A stretch of 64,000 nt of DNA from Podarcis cretensis. Lineage: Eukaryota. Below the pieces are notes generated by a model. That model worked only from the letters and a program-made list of their open reading frames with translations. It did not search any database and was not told the origin of the DNA. Below, piece by piece: positions 62,405 through 64,000 of this stretch (position 1 is its first letter; every line of letters starts with the position of its first letter). The DNA lies in the NCBI GenBank assembly GCA_951804945.1, contig OX638154.1, positions 79,112,001 to 79,176,000 on the forward strand. Direction: 5' to 3'. The translations under genes were made by a program, and so were the position numbers.

Positions 62405-62825
62405 ATCACTTCAATAATGGAAGCTTAATGGAAGTTTTCCCCATCCCAAGCTCAGGCAAGAGGTTCAGTACCTGGGCTTGGGTTTTGTTGGTATGAATAT
62501 TACTTCTACATTGAGTGATCGTCCTTTCTCAGGAATGGGAAGACAATGTTGGCTTATACATAGTTGGCTTACACCGAGGTGGCTCACTGCTCCATCTAGC
62601 AACTGCAGTGCTCTCCAACTGTTGGATTCCAGCAATCATCATCCCTTGCTATCGGTCATGCTGGCTGAGGCTGATGGCAGCAGAGTCCAGTGATATCTAG
62701 TGGGCACCACATTGGCTACCCCTTCCCTACACAGCCTGGCAGTGGCTCTTCATGATTTCAGACAAGCGGCCTCTCTTGGCTTTACCGGGAGATGTCAGGA
62801 TTGAAGCTGGGTCTCTGCACACAAA

Positions 62826-63205
62826 CAGACTCTCCAAATGTCCCTATTTTCCAGGGATAGGCCTGGATTTACAGAAGCTGTCCTAGTTTCCGATTTGATC
62901 CTGGAAATCTCCCACCTTTCCTTAGGACGTCCCCATTTTCATTGCAGAAATGTTGGAGGGTATGGAGTTATGCGACCCTTGAGCCAAGGAGGTACAACTG
63001 TTAGAAGACATCTCAAGGCAGCCCTGTATAGGGAAGGTTTTAAAAAATGTTTAATGCATTATTATGTGTTTATATGTATTGGAAGCCACCCAGAGTGGTT
63101 GGGACAATCCAGTCAGATGGGTGGGGTATAAATAATGAAATTGCTATTGCTATTACTATTGAATAGAATGCCCCTATTTTTATAGGATAAATGTTGGAGG
63201 GTATG
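62826..63205. mobile_element. composite MITE with duplicated right terminus and captured L2 tail
   Basis: AAATGTTGGAGGGTATG at 62948-62964 and 63189-63205; left end CAGACTCTCCAAATGTCCCT; L2 3' end at about 63000-63135; sits inside an old SINE. Confidence 0.65.
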
Positions 63206-63283
63206 TGTAAAGCAAATGCTCTACCTGCTCTAATACTGAGCTATGGCCCTTTCTGTTAAGTATTCCAGGTTAGATCTCTCCTA

Positions 63284-63432
63284 GATAGCTCAGTTGGTTG
63301 GAATGTGGTGCTGATAATGCCGACGTTGTGGGTTCAATCCTCGTATGGGACAGATGCATATTCCTGCATTGCGGGGGGTCGGACTAGATGATCCTCAGGG
63401 TCCCTTCCAATTCTGCAGTTCTATGATTCTAT
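63284..63432 (+). mobile_element. Squam2/POM-type SINE, tRNA-Ile-derived head with CR1-type tail
   Basis: TAGCTCAGTTGGTTGGAATGTGGTGCTGATAATGCC matches tRNA-Ile; GGACTAGATGATCCTCAGGGTCCCTTCCAATTCT...TTCTATGATTCTAT tail. Confidence 0.82.
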
Positions 63433-64000
63433 ATCAGACAGGTAACATCTCAACAGAATATTATCCAGGCGCTCCATGCTTTCCTTGCACAATAGCTGAA
63501 GGCTGCCAGTTCTTGTCTCTGTCAAATTGGATGTAAACTCTATTTCTCTTCCACCTCAAAATGCAGCAATTCTCACACTGAACGGTGACAGTTACAGAAA
63601 CTGTCACGACTCCTTTTAACACAGCAATCTGAGGAGGTAAGTTTTTTCCTAGGTCAGGCTACTTTGGAATGAGTTTCTTCTCTAGGGCTGCAATGGGTCT
63701 TCCCATTAGCAACTCTGTCGGGCTATGTAACTAGTAGCTATCAGCAGTGTTGACCTGTAACTTAAAAGGGCAACTATGCAGGTCATTCTTCCTCAAGATT
63801 TCCTTTGCCGTCTGTCTCCACTCTGCCTGCATCCTTGCTGAGGGTAGTGAGGGCTAGTGGTAATCTGGTGGAAATAGAGGTCTGGGACAACTGCTGTAAA
63901 ATTGAGTTGCATTGTCTGTCGTTGAGTTCATCTGTTGCTCTTTAAAAGGCCACCCAACACGAAACTTCGTTCACAGTAATATCTTCTTTGAGCAAATCGA

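Noticed and set aside
63567-63636. Candidate exon (CAG acceptor, GAG|GTAAGT donor)
   Set aside because: Stops in all three frames and no supporting neighbouring exons
1-64000. Most ORFs in the six-frame track as host genes
   Set aside because: Short, mutually overlapping, often with non-ATG starts, no recognisable domains; expected by chance in vertebrate non-coding DNA. Only the TE-derived ORFs are recognisable.

Overview
Eukaryotic, non-coding-looking DNA from a squamate reptile, most likely a lacertid lizard. The evidence is Sauria/Squam1, Squam2/POM-type and Squam3-type SINEs, RTE-BovB, L2, CR1 and L1 3' fragments, and pogo/Tigger-like and hAT MITEs. I recognise no host protein-coding exon. 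The only ORFs that look real are retroelement fragments (BovB, L2 and L1 ORF2 C-termini) and a reading frame inside a group of solo LTRs. The window is probably an intron or gene desert: TE-rich patches alternate with TE-free blocks that look like conserved non-coding elements. There are two N-runs (31955-32117 and 50822-50967). Main observations: (1) five LTR-like elements from at least two families share a reading frame that starts at LTR nucleotide 2 (V-x-x-W, acidic/Trp-rich, then SP and a basic RR/RRSxR tail); it is fully open in one copy and stops on the TATA-like box. (2) A tailless 7SK snRNA retrocopy with a 19-bp TSD, whose 5' part is hidden by the 146-N gap. (3) An internally deleted BovB that keeps both ends and a TSD (Bov-A-like). 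(4) Three independent insertions within about 60 bp of one CR1 fragment. (5) A compact ISRE + NF-kB + TATA module. Family names come from recognising the sequence by eye, not from a database search.
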